DNA from: Carcharhinus longimanus
Lineage: Eukaryota
DNA length: 64,000 nucleotides
Assembly: GCA_030264375.1 (NCBI GenBank)
Contig: JASCQW010000043.1
Span: 68,828,444 to 68,892,443 of the forward strand
Direction of reading: 5' to 3'
Below are positions 24,291 to 36,503 of this stretch, piece after piece (within the stretch, counting starts at the first letter, position 1; each line of letters opens with the position of its first letter). The notes beneath the pieces are model-generated. The model had not been told where the DNA came from and searched no databases. It worked only from the letters and a program-made list of their open reading frames with translations. Both the position numbers and the translations under genes were made by a program.

Positions 24291-26126
24291 TTTCTCAGTA
24301 GAGCATAATTTCTCTACACTATCATTCAGGCTCGCTTTATATAATTGTACTTCTGTTAATATTTCTGAGATGCTTCATATTCTTTTATGAGAACTTCTAC
24401 TGTCTGTTTTGCATTCTTAGTTCTGGATGTTCATTTCAGCCATTTCATTTTTTCAATGATTCAATGATTCTCAATAGGTTTTAATGTCTCCAGTACTTTT
24501 TTCTTCTTGTTTCTTGGTCGTTAATTCCAAATCTACATTTTCTAATCTTGCTTCTATTTTTTCCTTATCAACCTATAGTTTGGAACACTCTATTACTTTC
24601 TCTTCAATCATTGTTAAGTTTTTCAGCACTGCTACATACCGTTGCAGTTTGGAAATTATGTCAGAATTTTAAAAATTTATTTTTTTAAGAGCTCTGGAAC
24701 ATACTCTTCTTTTTTAGTGTCACTGCACATTTTGCTTGGGAAATGTCTTTTTCCCTTTTGGAGCTTTACTGTTGCTATCCAATACCTCTTGAAGGTTAAA
24801 GAATTAGTCAAAAGCTTTTACCATTTCATCAAAGCTGGGTATGGTTTCATCAGTGCACTGCATTAGCATTACTTTAGCAAGTTTGCCAAACAAGTATAAA
24901 AATGCATTAATCTGGACTTCCTCTGATTTTCTACTTAGGCCTGGGGCAGGAATCTCCTGTCGTTCATGCCAATAGGAGTCTCCTGTCCTGCTGTAGTGAA
25001 CAGAGATTTGGCTGAGGGCCAAATTCTCTGTCCTCTCTAGCAGCAGCAGCAGGATGTGAACAACTGAAGAATTCCAGCCTTGATGTACTCAGATAATTAA
25101 ATCAATTTCTTCCCCAGTACATAAATTTTGCATGAAGTTTGTCCCTTGCACTGGTTTGGTGTGGTGGATCTTTGATCCACAGTCAGTAAATTTTAAATGT
25201 GTATACAGTTGTAAACAAATCCATGATGGCACCTTGGTACACTTCTTTTCAACAAAGTCTCCCATGCTCTTTGGTTGTGTTGTCTCCTGCAATAATGGCA
25301 ACCACAACTACTAAGTTTTAAATTTTAGCAGAGACTCCCTGGATCGACCTTTCTGAGTCTTCCCCATAATGTGTAACTATTTTTGGAATGGGAAACTATT
25401 GATTCCCAACTTTTACTGGATTATTTACCTGCTGATTATTTATTTATTTATTGATTAGAATGAACTTGCCTGCTTTTGTGCATGGTGTGTTCCAAAATAG
25501 CAATTCTGAAAGCTGCTGACTTAAAAGCTCTTTTAAGCTTGTTCTGGTCAAGAACTTAAATTTTTTAGCTTACCCGTTCTTGGTCTTTTGACTCTCCAAT
25601 CATTGGGTATTAAAGCTGAATTTCCATGTGATTGAATAGAATATTATGCAGCGCAGAAGTTTATTTCTATTTTCTGTTTCCAATCCTGATTTGGAGTTTT
25701 GCCCTCATGATCTCCTTCCATACCTTTGCTTTTGGTGCTTTTCATCAGGTCAGACTGTTTCTATTTTTTTCAATTTTCTAGGTTTTAGATTTATTCACCA
25801 GCTTTTCAATGCTGGTATCATTCCCCACTGAAGTCTTTCTGACTATATGCTTTGCACAAATTACCATGCGGTAGAGTAACCAGACTCATACTGCTCAATG
25901 AGCCAAACAATAAGCAGAACCCATGCAAAACATACGTTAGTTGGTACAGGGCCAGCAGGCAACCTTTTCTGGAGCATCAAGGCACAAGTAAGCAGCTGGG
26001 AAAGTGCAGCACTTTCCAATAAACAGGTTGCAGATGGCAAAGTCAGGCATCACCTCAGTTCACCTTATTATAAAGGTTTTGATTGTATTTTTAGGGTTTC
26101 ACATTTTGTAAAATAACTATATCACA

Positions 26127-26620
26127 TACTGAAGAAAAATCATATTGGACTTGAAACATAAACTCTGTATCTCTACATATTTTGACAATAATGAGGGGCA
26201 TAGATCAGCTAGATAGTCAATATCAATTTCCAAAAAGAAAGGAGTCTAAAACTAGAGGGCATAGGTTTAGTGTGAGAGGGGGAAGATACAAAAGGGTGCA
26301 GAGGGACAATTTTTTCACACGGAGGGTGATGAGTGTCTGGAACGAGCTGCCAGAGGTAATAGTAGAAGCGGGTACAATTTTGTCTTTTAAAAAGCGTTTT
26401 GACAGTTATATGGGTAAAACGGGTATAGAGGGTTACAGGCCAAACGTGGGCAATTGAGACTAGCTTAGGGGTTTAAAAAAAAGGGCAGCATGACAAGTTG
26501 GGCCAAAGGGACTGTTTCCATACTGTAAATCTCTATGATTCTATGACCTGCTTGGGCTTCCCAGCATTTTCTGTTTTTATTTCAGATTCCCAACATCTGC
26601 AGATTTTGCTTCTATTTTGC
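26127..26620 (+). mobile_element. Penelope-like terminus split by a CR1 3' end (26180-26545)
   Basis: CTGAAGA..GGACTTGAAAC hammerhead-like motif, then CR1 (KTRGHRF.VRGGRY..NFFTRRVMSVWNELP, tail CTATGATTCTATGA), then resumes with CCTGCT..CCAGCATTTTCTGTTTTTATTTCAGA. Confidence 0.75.
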
Positions 26621-26699
26621 TTTTTATTTCAAAATAACATTGATTTTATTATAAAAGGCTTGTACTTTACTAGGTTTATAAAGTGCCCATAAGGTCCCA

Positions 26700-27260
26700 T
26701 TGTCAGACCAATGGTTCTCACTCAGTACAAAGGGATTCCATTCTTTAGTATACATCGAGTGTGTGACCATATACAGGGAATCATACAGTCAATGCTTAAG
26801 TTTCATGGCAGCCATCATAATGCCTACATTCTGTGGCAGTCCCAGTTATATTTCAACCAGCGTGGCAAACAATGCAGCGGATATTGGCTATCCACTGATA
26901 ACATAGCCTAACACTGGCGTTCAACTCATACACATGTGTGAAACCTGCACAGTGACAGCCTTGCTGCTACAAGAAATGTGATAGGGCAGATCATTGATGC
27001 ACTGAAGCAATGCTTTCACTTGACTGAACAACACTACAGTATTTGGCTGAACAGATCTCAAGATTTGTGGGTACTGCTGCACGCAGCACAACATTACCAT
27101 TACTATGGAACAGGACTTGCCATAATCTACCAGGCGAGAAGCAGGCAAGCAGAGGAAGGGTACAAAGAGGAGATGGAAGAGGAGAAAGTGGAAGGGAAAC
27201 TGCAATGCACACAGCCTCTTCCTGCCTGGGCTATAAGTGAACAAACGTAAGTGAGATACC
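26700..27260 (+). mobile_element. Harbinger (HARBI1-like) DDE transposase remnant
   Basis: KGFHSL, VCDH, FHGSHHNAYIL (cf. FPGS.HDA.IL), DIGYPL, IGQIIDALKQCF across frameshifts. Confidence 0.8.
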
Positions 27261-28058
27261 AGTAATCTGACCTCAATTCCTCATTCACCAACAGTCACAC
27301 ACTTACTACTTTTCTTTAGTCACTGCCCTTCACACTGTCCTCTTGGCCAAATTGTAACAGCAAATGCCAACATAAAATAAGCAATAACAATTTAATCATT
27401 GGTCATCTTACCCACAAAATTTTGAAAGCGAGATTGACCAGTCATTTAAAAGAAAACTTAAAATCACTTCAGCTTTTTAGGTTTTCTTGCTGCTGCATAA
27501 GAATTACAAAAAAATACTTGATGATGTTTCTGATTAGTTGTTGAGCTATTTTGTTGCAGTCCACAAAGGAAATAACAAGACAGTCCAATTCTAAATAATA
27601 TTTGCAACTTTCAAAAAATTAATGTTTTAATATAACCTATTCTTCAGTATTTTCTTTGTTGTGAAAGATTTTGGACGGCTAGGTTATGGTTAACTTAGTA
27701 ACATTGAAGACAGTATTCAGATCCAGTCGAGGATAAAGTGGTTTCTTCCTGTTAACAGTCCTGGAGGAACTGAATTCTGTCTGTTTAAATTCAGTTTGTG
27801 CAAAGCTAATTCAAGCGCTAATTTATCACTTCATGTCTGGGCTGCCCATATTTTAAAATATGAAAAATACAGTAACCCCTTCACAGCCCACCATCAAGGA
27901 CACAGCTATATATATCTGTTGAATTGCACTTGTTTCCGGTGAGGGGGGAGGAAATTAAGGTGCTTCGATGTCTGATTATAAACATCATTTGTATAATCTA
28001 TTTCTCTCTTTTCCTGACAGAATCTTATTGATAGCAATTAGTAATTTGACCTTGGTAA

Positions 28059-28220
28059 GTGTGTGTGTGTCCGTATGCGTGCATGCAAGTGTATATGTGT
28101 GTGCGTGCATATATGTGTGCGTGCATGCATATGTGTGTACCTGTGCATGTGCGGTTGTGTGTGTGCATGTGTGTGTGCATGCATGTTTGTGTGTGTGCAT
28201 TTGCATGCGTGTGCGTATGT
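28059..28220. repeat. Degenerate (TG)n/(TGCA)n microsatellite
   Basis: Alternating purine-pyrimidine tract of ~160 bp; explains five overlapping spurious ORFs. Confidence 0.95.
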
Positions 28221-31200
28221 GGAGGAGGGGAGCAGTGGAGAGAAGACATAGCTTGTGTTATATCATTTCAAGTAGTGACCATCCTTGAACACAAAATGGA
28301 AAGTTCTACCCCCTTAGCAAATAATGACTCAGGCATGAGCAGGTAAATTAATCTCGAAATGCAAGATGACTTTGTGCAAACTAAAATTAAACTGACAGGG
28401 TAACCTGAATTTTTGATTATTCCCTACCCTTATATTGTCGTGCCTTTATATCTTTATCTATCACCTGGAAATCAGCTTCCTCCAACTGAAAGCAAGCCGT
28501 CTGGATGGGCTGGTGCCAGTGTTCCTATGTAAGGTCCACTTACCTGGAAGCTTGTTGTTCAAAATGACATGAACTGAAGACAGGTTTTTTTTCTTTTTTC
28601 TCCCAGGTGAGCAGTCTATAACCCCTTGTCCCAAATGAATATCAATAAAACTACTCATGCTGATTGATTTTTAGACTTGAGTGCTTGGATGCATGACGAT
28701 ACAGCATTGCAAATGGAGCATTTGAAATCACTACAGCACCACCGCAGAGCAAGCCATCATCCCTTGTGTGTCATGGAACTGAGCACAAAAGTTTAACGAG
28801 GCTTGATTATCTGAACAATATCTTTTCCAGTACCATTTCTGATGGACATAAAATCAGCCTCTAAAGACCTACACAACATAAAAAAAAATGTTCCCATGGC
28901 TTTCACGATGCTGGAATGATAATTCAAACTCATCATGGAGGGAGGTGAGAGTGGAGGCAGGGCAGCAGGGGGGAGGTTTAATCAATAACCATCTATCCCT
29001 TTGTCTGTGAAAGTGGTAAAAGTCTAACTACCCTTGTGTAGGGGGTATACCTGGATACACGGCGCCCTTTTAACAGACAATGCTACCATGATTAATGTCC
29101 TCCCACCTCAGACCTTGTTAAAACCTGTTCTTTAAAGCAGCCCAATGCACCACAGTGATAGCAAGAGTGAGGTTGCATAAATCAATGTGTTCGCACAGCC
29201 CCCAGGATATCCATTATAGATGCCAGCTGGATGACTACAAGATAGAGAAAAATGAATATTGTATCCTGTGGCCTTTTGCCTCTAATTACCACTTTTCAAC
29301 ATTTTTGCAGGCATGATTAAATTTTGATAACCGGGGTAGTCACTCTGAGTGCACTGAAATAGAGATAAATTGAGTGAGTGCCTGACATCTCTGCAGAGAG
29401 TAGGAACTAATTAGTGTTTGAATCGCAGACTGAAAGAGATTTAAAGAAGGCAGGTTTAATCAGAGGAATTGCTGAGAAACAGGAATAGTCAGGGATAATT
29501 ACAGCATAGGTAGAAATCACTGGCTCACTGAGCAGCCTTTCTATTCACTTGATTGGCAGCCACTGACCTAGTGGCAAAAACCTTTCAACTTTACAACAGT
29601 AACAGCCTTGTCAAAGCAATTTGCTTGCAGCGCTCTATGACCAATCATTTAAAATGCCGAGCAGCCCCCCATTTGAAAAATGCTCTCTGCACCTTGCCTT
29701 AGTGGAAGCTGGGTGGAACAGGCTCATTATTTTTTGATGACTTCACTTTCCCTTAGGGGCCCTTCTGTACGGATGAAGTGTCAGATCAATTTGGCTGTTG
29801 ATTACAATAAAAAAGCTGTGAAACTTTATTGGTTTCAGTGCAGAAATGGAGCTGCTTGATGGCTGTCTCTGGTAATGTCAAACGACGCAGTACCAAAACA
29901 CATTCGGATATCTTTGTGTTATTGTATTAGGTTCCTTATGTTTGTTGTGCAAAACTGGGAGATGTAGAGCAGCGCTGCTTAATAATTTACAAGCAGAGAC
30001 ATTTGCATTTCCAGTGTTAAAAAACGCACTTAATGAGAACCCAGCCATCACTAAAGGGAAATATTATTAGTTTTCTAGTTCCTATTGGCATTTTTGCATT
30101 GATATTTGATGATTAACGGAACAGTTTTTTTGCTTTTTATTCCCTCAGAGATGTCATTTTCAACTATTTATGTCAAAGTCTAATGGGATTTCTCCAGTAT
30201 TGTATTATAATTTAGCTCCTTGGGATTGCATGCATATTTTTAAAGATATTTCATTGTAACTGCATAATAGCCTATAATTGGAAAACCAAGTCAGATATTC
30301 GATTAGGTGTTGGTGCTAATTGCTGAGACATCATCACCGTTACCTATTTTCATGTTCTGTGAGATCAGTGGTACTGGATGAAACAATACTGCAGCCTAAT
30401 CAGAATAATTGCGGACATTTGAGATTTAGTTGTATTCTGAACTACTCTTTGGAATAGTTCTGTACTGCTGATTATCCTGCCCCTGATACCCTGTGCAGTG
30501 TGACACTACTTGTTAACTACTTTGGGTTTAAAATAGGGCTGAGTTGCACTAGTTGTTTTGACACAGTGGATGCTGTTGGCAGAACAAAATGGTATCCTTT
30601 GGGAGAGTTTTACTCTGCCACATATCATCACACTGAATTTCATCTGGTTGTGGGCATTAGGGCACGCATAGCTAACATCCTGCCGAAGAGTGTATGCAGG
30701 AAGATCATGATGTTGAACCTCATGGTGCCATTTTGGAGGTCAACACTTGTGTCAATGCCTTCTCCTAACTTTGCACAGCTGTACACATGCTAAATGGCAG
30801 GAAGGAAATCTCTCTACCAACACTCCACAAGTGATATTTAAAGGGATCATCAGCTTATTCATTGGTTAGTTGTTGGTTGATTACTTTTGGCTGTTGCTGC
30901 AATTGTACAAGCGTTTACCAGTTCTTTCAGGTTGCAGACATCTACAGGAAGTGGTGAAGGGCTTGGTCCTGACGTCCAACTTTCGGCACGAACAGTTACT
31001 CGCAGACCTGGGTGCACTAGTGGGCAGCCCCCATGGATTTCAGGATGGCTGGGAAAATGAGCTGAGGCTGGCAGGACAATAAGAGCTGCTGGAATGAGAA
31101 AAAGTAGAAGGCCTCACCGCAGAGAAATGAATTTAGCAGTTTTTTAGGAGCTATTCTCTGACCTGAGGCTCAGCAAGAAACAGTGGGAAGAAACTTAGCT

Positions 31201-31559
31201 TTAAAAATGTTCAGGCTGGTTCTGCCCCTGCTCAGTACTATAATGCACCCTCTTATTGCAACTTTATGAAAAGTATGATCCATGTTCACCGTGCAAATTA
31301 AGAACATCAGGTGGGTTCCTGAGATGGAAGATGCAATTAGAGCACCCACAGCACTGGGACGGCTGAAAACAGTGTCAGAGGATGTGGGTGATGCAGATTG
31401 AGATAGAGCGTGGAGCATGAGGGTGCCTTAAAATGGAGGCAATCTTGGAAACCCGCTGATAATTTAAAAATGAAGTGGGCCAACAGTTGTTATGATCTTC
31501 AGTGTGTGCAGGAACCCTTCCACAGGACTGATTGTGGCTGCAGTCTTCTAATATTTGTA

Positions 31560-32450
31560 GTGCTACTATCCCCTAAGTCATTTCCACAGGGCTGGTAAGA
31601 TTTTATTCAATCTGTCAGATGTTTGCACTTCACTAAAGACAACATGACTAAAATCTGTCACCTGCTGTAGCCACAACTGCAACCCAAGAGTGCAGCAAGA
31701 TCTGCAGTGTCATTGGTTGTGACACAGAGACATTTGCAACATCTTATAGCTTATCATCTACTGCTGTATAAAGTAGAACACTAAGGCCATCAATACAAAG
31801 AACATTCATTTACTCCACCAGTACCATCAAACCAGGGTTCAGTCCTGGTTCAATACAGAGTGCGGATGGGCATGCCCAGAGCAGCATCAGGCATATCTAA
31901 AAATGAGGTGTTAACCTGGTGAACTCAGAACACAGATCTACGTGGGAGCTAAGCAGCATAATCAGCATATGATAGACAGAGATAAACAATCCCACAACTA
32001 ACAGATCAGATCTAAGATCTGCAGTGTTGCCACGTACAGCTGTGAATGCTGGTGGAAATAAATAACTCACTGGAGGAGGAGGCTGTGGATTTGGATGAAT
32101 CTCCAAGATTGTGGATTTGCAAGCATTACAAGCTTCCCTGTAGTTCAAGCCATTGACTGCAAGCAAATCATTTTTCAGGTGCCACATGTCAACTCTGCCA
32201 TTGACTGGAACTGAACTGGATTCATCCAGTTAGTGTGTGTCCACAGGCATTAAATCATCCATGGTCAATGCCCAAAATCCTCGCAGCAGTCAAAATAATG
32301 TCACTGGTTTGACAGTCCATTATGCCAGCTACATTTGGGCCAAGCCAACAAACAGAAGGGTGGCTTCTGGGTGACAAAGATTTCCTGCTAATGACATGGT
32401 TAATGACTCTGTGTCCAACACATACACATATGCGCAGCAGGCACAAAATG
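31560..32450 (+). mobile_element. Harbinger DDE transposase remnant
   Basis: LHFTKD..TKICHLL.PQLQP, GFASITSFPVVQAIDC (cf. GFP.VQGAIDCTH), GWLLGDK..LMTWLMT. Confidence 0.8.
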
Positions 32451-32969
32451 AAAGCTCTCCTGCTGTGTGTAATGTGATAGAATAGTCATTGGCATGCTGA
32501 AAATGCACTTTCTTCAGCTGCTTGGACCATTCTCAAGGAGTTTATCTGTACTCAGCAGAGCATGCATCAAAGTTCTTGGTGTCTGTTGAATGCTGCTCAA
32601 CTTTGCCATCCCTTGTTACCAGCTGTAATGTGGAGGAGAGACTAAAGAGAAAGGGGGAACCAGGATTTCTTTTTGCAACACAAGCAGTTTTGATCAGAAG
32701 TTTGAGCAGTGGAAACTCAGACTGCTGTGATGCAAAGTCAGACTGCTCTCATTAAGGTTGTGGATTGCAGTGAGAAGAGGACTGTAGGGTATTACATCAA
32801 TCCAGCAATCTGTCTCCAACACGTTATGATGATTACTGAGCTACCACTCTGGTAGAATGAAACTGGCTTCATTGTGCATTAGCTTGCTGTGCTGTCTCAA
32901 GAGGATGCAGCCAAGATCTGGGCATTGACTTATGGTGGCATAGCAAGACATCGAGGGAATGGAATCCAC

Positions 32970-34300
32970 CCTGCACCTAGCCTGTCCAGCCCTATCAGAA
33001 TTTTATACATTCCAACCAGATCTCCCTCATCTTTCTAAACTCTAGTGAATACAGGCGCAGTCAAACAAATTTTTCCTCAAAGGACAGTCTTGCCAAACTC
33101 AATACCAGCCTAATGAACCTCTGCTGCACTCCTTCGATGGCAAGTATATAATTTCTTTGGTATGGTCCCATCAAAGCCTTGTATAACTGCAGTAAGACAT
33201 CACTACTTCTGAACTCAAAACCACTTGCAATGAAGGCCACTGTCTCATTTGCCTTCATAATTGCTTGCTGCACCTGCCTCTCCACTTTCATTGACTGACT
33301 GGTGCATAAGGACACATAGATCCCTTTGTACATGCACACTTCCTAATAGGTCATCATTTAAATAATACTCTCTCTTTCTGTTTTTCACACAAGTGTATAA
33401 CTTAACATCCTGGGGCCCAAGCACTGATCCCTGCATTATCCCAACTAGTTACTGCCTGCCACTATGAAAAGGACCCACTTATTTCCAATCTCTGTTTCCT
33501 GTCTGTCAATCAATTCTCAGTCAATGCCAATACATTACCCCTATCCCATATACTTAAAATTTGCTCACTAACCTATTATGAGGAACATTATCAAAAGCCT
33601 TCTGAAAGTCCAAATACGCAACATCCACTGGTTCTCCCTTACCTATTTATTAGTTACATCCTCAACAAACTCCATTTGAGTTGTTAAGTATGATTGGCTT
33701 TTCATAAACATGGGTGAGCTTTGTCCAATCCCATAATGCTTTCCAAATCTTTTGTTGTTACATCTTTTATAATAGAGTCCAGCATCTTCCCCACTACTGA
33801 CGTCAGACTAACTGGACTGTAATTCTCCCTTTTTTTCTCTCCCTCCCTTTTTAAATATTGGGGTTACATTTGCCACCCTCTAATTTGCAGGAACAGCTCC
33901 AGAGTCTATAGAATTTTACAAGATAACCACCAATGCATCCATTATTTCTAGGATCACTTCCTTTTAATACTCTGGGATGTAGATTATCAGGCTCTGGTGA
34001 CTTGATAGCCCCATTAATTTACCCAGCATCTTCTTCTTACTAATACTGATTTCCTTTAATTCCACTCTTTCACTAGACCCTGCGTTCTTAACATTTCTGG
34101 CAGGCTATTTGTGCCCTCTTTTGGGAAAACAGAACCAAAGTATATGTTCAATTCTTCTGCCATTTCTTTGTTCCTCGTTATAATTTCCCCAGCTTCTGAT
34201 TGTAAGGGCCATATTTTTGTCTTTACTAATCTTTCTTTCTTCACATATTTATAGAAGCTTTTACAGTCAGTTTCTATGTTCCCTGCATTTTACTCTCATG
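32970..34300 (-). mobile_element. Old CR1 LINE RT region
   Basis: QGSVLGP, LLQLYKAL, IEGVQQRFIRL, KEMAEELNIYFGSVF motifs in minus ORFs. Confidence 0.9.
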
Positions 34301-34304
34301 CTCT

Positions 34305-35312
34305 TGCCCTGATCCTCCCATTGAGATCCACAACTTTTCTAGGTCGGGAGATGCGCATGAGGTTCCCCGCAACTGTTTACGACCCACGAACATCTTCCAA
34401 CTGGAAGAAAATGGCGTCACCGGGAATACGCAGAAAACCGGCGGGAAGTGAGGTAAGTCATTTGAATATGTTTTACATATATTTTAAATGTATTTTAAAT
34501 GTGATTATCAGGCCTGGCACAGAACTTGCTGGACCCGATAACATCTCCCTTCCCATCAGGAGTACTTCATTGCTACGGGGTTTAGAATAGCTCCCCACGT
34601 TCAGGAAACTGGTGGGAGACCCCGCTGGAGTGAAGGGGAGGGGCAATCAGGGCCCCCCAGGAGGTTGGATGATGGTGCCCCCTGGGCATGGCCACCCTGG
34701 CAGTGCTAGCCTGTGCCTCTGCACTGCCCAAGGGGCAAAGTGTCCATGCTCAGGGACACCTTGGCACTGCCCATTGGGCATGAGCAGGTATCAAGGAAAT
34801 TGCATTTAAAAACAGTCATGATCTGGAACAATTTTCCCATCAATTCAGCATTTTTGGGAAAATCGCCACCTCTATTTTGCCCTTCTTGATCAAACTTCTT
34901 GTCCTCTTTTGCTGAATTCTAAAATGCTTCAATGCTCTGAGCAATGATTCATCAATTCCAAGCACAGGTTCCATAGCTTGGAGTGCAAGTATAATCTGGG
35001 TGTCATAGCGATCAATGGCCAGGCCAGCGATCAGGAGGCCGGCAATGGAGGGGGAGCGGGGGGCTGTGCGCGTGCACTGATCTTTGCACTGACAGACCAG
35101 TGCATGTGCAATGGCCTGCTCAATGCCATGCTGCTGGTCTCTCTGGTGGGATGAAGCCCTCCCCCTACTTCTCAGCGTGTTTCACTCAATGGCACTCTGT
35201 ATTGCTCAGAGTGTCAGGGATTCATTCAGATAAGTGTGCTCAAAAGAGGGTGGGAAATACTCCCGTTTTCCCACCTGTTGGACACTTAGTTTTGTTTTGG
35301 GAGAATCCTGAC
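34305..35312. mobile_element. GC-rich non-autonomous DNA-transposon (Harbinger-type) fragments nested in CR1
   Basis: Elevated GC/CpG, terminal GGGAGAATCC-like motif; similar sequence at 39795-40545 and 8890-9220. Confidence 0.45.
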
Positions 35313-35329
35313 TGAGTTAGCTGATATAG

Positions 35330-35975
35330 ATGAACAAAACAAGAACATGGTGATAATCTACATTTATTGATGCCAGCAGCATATTGAAGGATTAATGTTT
35401 CACAGTCTAAAAAAATGACTTAACTGTGCAACTAATCAATTTCTTCAGTTCTATTTATTCCCATGTTGACATATGTCCTTAATCAGGTAAAGTGGAAGAT
35501 ATTAAGGCCATGCCAGCTCCTCAAGATAAGGGCAATCTTTGAAGATGTCTTGGTCCTTTTAATTTCTTAACTTCATACATTCCCAATTTCACTGTAAGAT
35601 CTTCATCACTAAGGAAATTGTTAAAATAGGAAGGGAATCCTATTCTGTGACACAAAGACCACCAATACCTCAATGAAGCACTGAAACACTCATTATCAGA
35701 AACATCATCCTTGCAATTTTACAATCCTGAAGCTACCTGTCTCAGAAGTATCTGGGAGCATGCATACCACAAAAAGGCAAGCTGATTGCATTTCCTTCGA
35801 ATTCTCTGTCCAAAACACAATCTCGCTATTCCAACATTGAGCAGGAAACATCAGCTTAAATGTTTGGAATCATGGACCATGAATTTATACCTATCTGTTT
35901 GGCAAATGCTTGTGATAATGACCGATCACAAGCCACTGGAGATGATTTGGTGAAACTATTGATCAGTGTACTGCC
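35330..35975 (+). mobile_element. Gypsy RT/RNase H remnant
   Basis: LQFYNP, KGKLIAFPSNSLSKTQSRYSNIEQE, TDHKPLEMI. Confidence 0.85.
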
Positions 35976-35977
35976 GA

Positions 35978-36503
35978 AGAACAAAGAGCAGCGCAGCACA
36001 AGAACAGGCCCTTTGGTCCACCAAGTTTGTGCAGACACATTTTATTGCCTCTAAGTGATCCATATCCCCCTCTTCCCTGCCTATTCGTGTATTTATCCAG
36101 ATGCCTCTTGAACATTGTTATAGAATTCCCTTCCACCATCTCCTCCAGCAGCGTTTTCCGGGTATTCACCACCCCCTGTGTGGAAAAACTTGCCCCTTAC
36201 ATCTCTTTTAAACTTTCCCCCTCTCTCTTTTAATTGACCCTTTGGCCCTGGGAAAATGACTCTGACTATCCACTCTATCATAATCATCACCGGTCATAAA
36301 CCTCTATCAGGAGCCCTCATCCTCCGACGCTCCAGTGAAAACAATCCACGTTTGTTAAAACATTTTTCATAGTACATATCCTCCAAACCAGGCAACATCC
36401 TGGTAAATCTCTTCTGCACCCTTTCCAATGCATCAACATCTTTCCGGTAGTGTGGTGACCAGAATTGTCCACAATACTCCAAATGCAGCCTAACCAAAGT
36501 TTC
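35978..36503 (-). mobile_element. CR1 LINE 3' end
   Basis: LVRLHLEYCGQFWSPHYRKDVDALERVQKRFTRMLPGL...GLFSLERRR. Confidence 0.92.

Larger units (their letters stand above)
22966..25022 (-). pseudogene. Decayed chimeric ORF: Gypsy Gag N-domain / TPR-derived coiled coil / Gypsy Pol C-terminal tail (~580 codons without the SINE)
   Basis: One frame from 25022 to ~24285 and one frame from ~23650 to stop 22966, broken only by scattered stops; a few frameshifts between; SINE insertion at 23782-24104. Confidence 0.7.
22497..25880 (-). mobile_element. Non-autonomous Gypsy element carrying a captured TPR coiled-coil coding segment
   Basis: Leader (25020-25880), 3' UTR and 3' LTR start (22533) resemble those of the 14239-17355 element; gag motif GLSRKSEEVQINAFLYLFG; Pol tail SGRIIKPPDRLLL*; 5' LTR not identified. 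Confidence 0.75.

Noticed and set aside
27968-28346. Cys/Val- or His/Thr-rich ORFs
   Set aside because: Translations of a (TG)n/(TGCA)n microsatellite.
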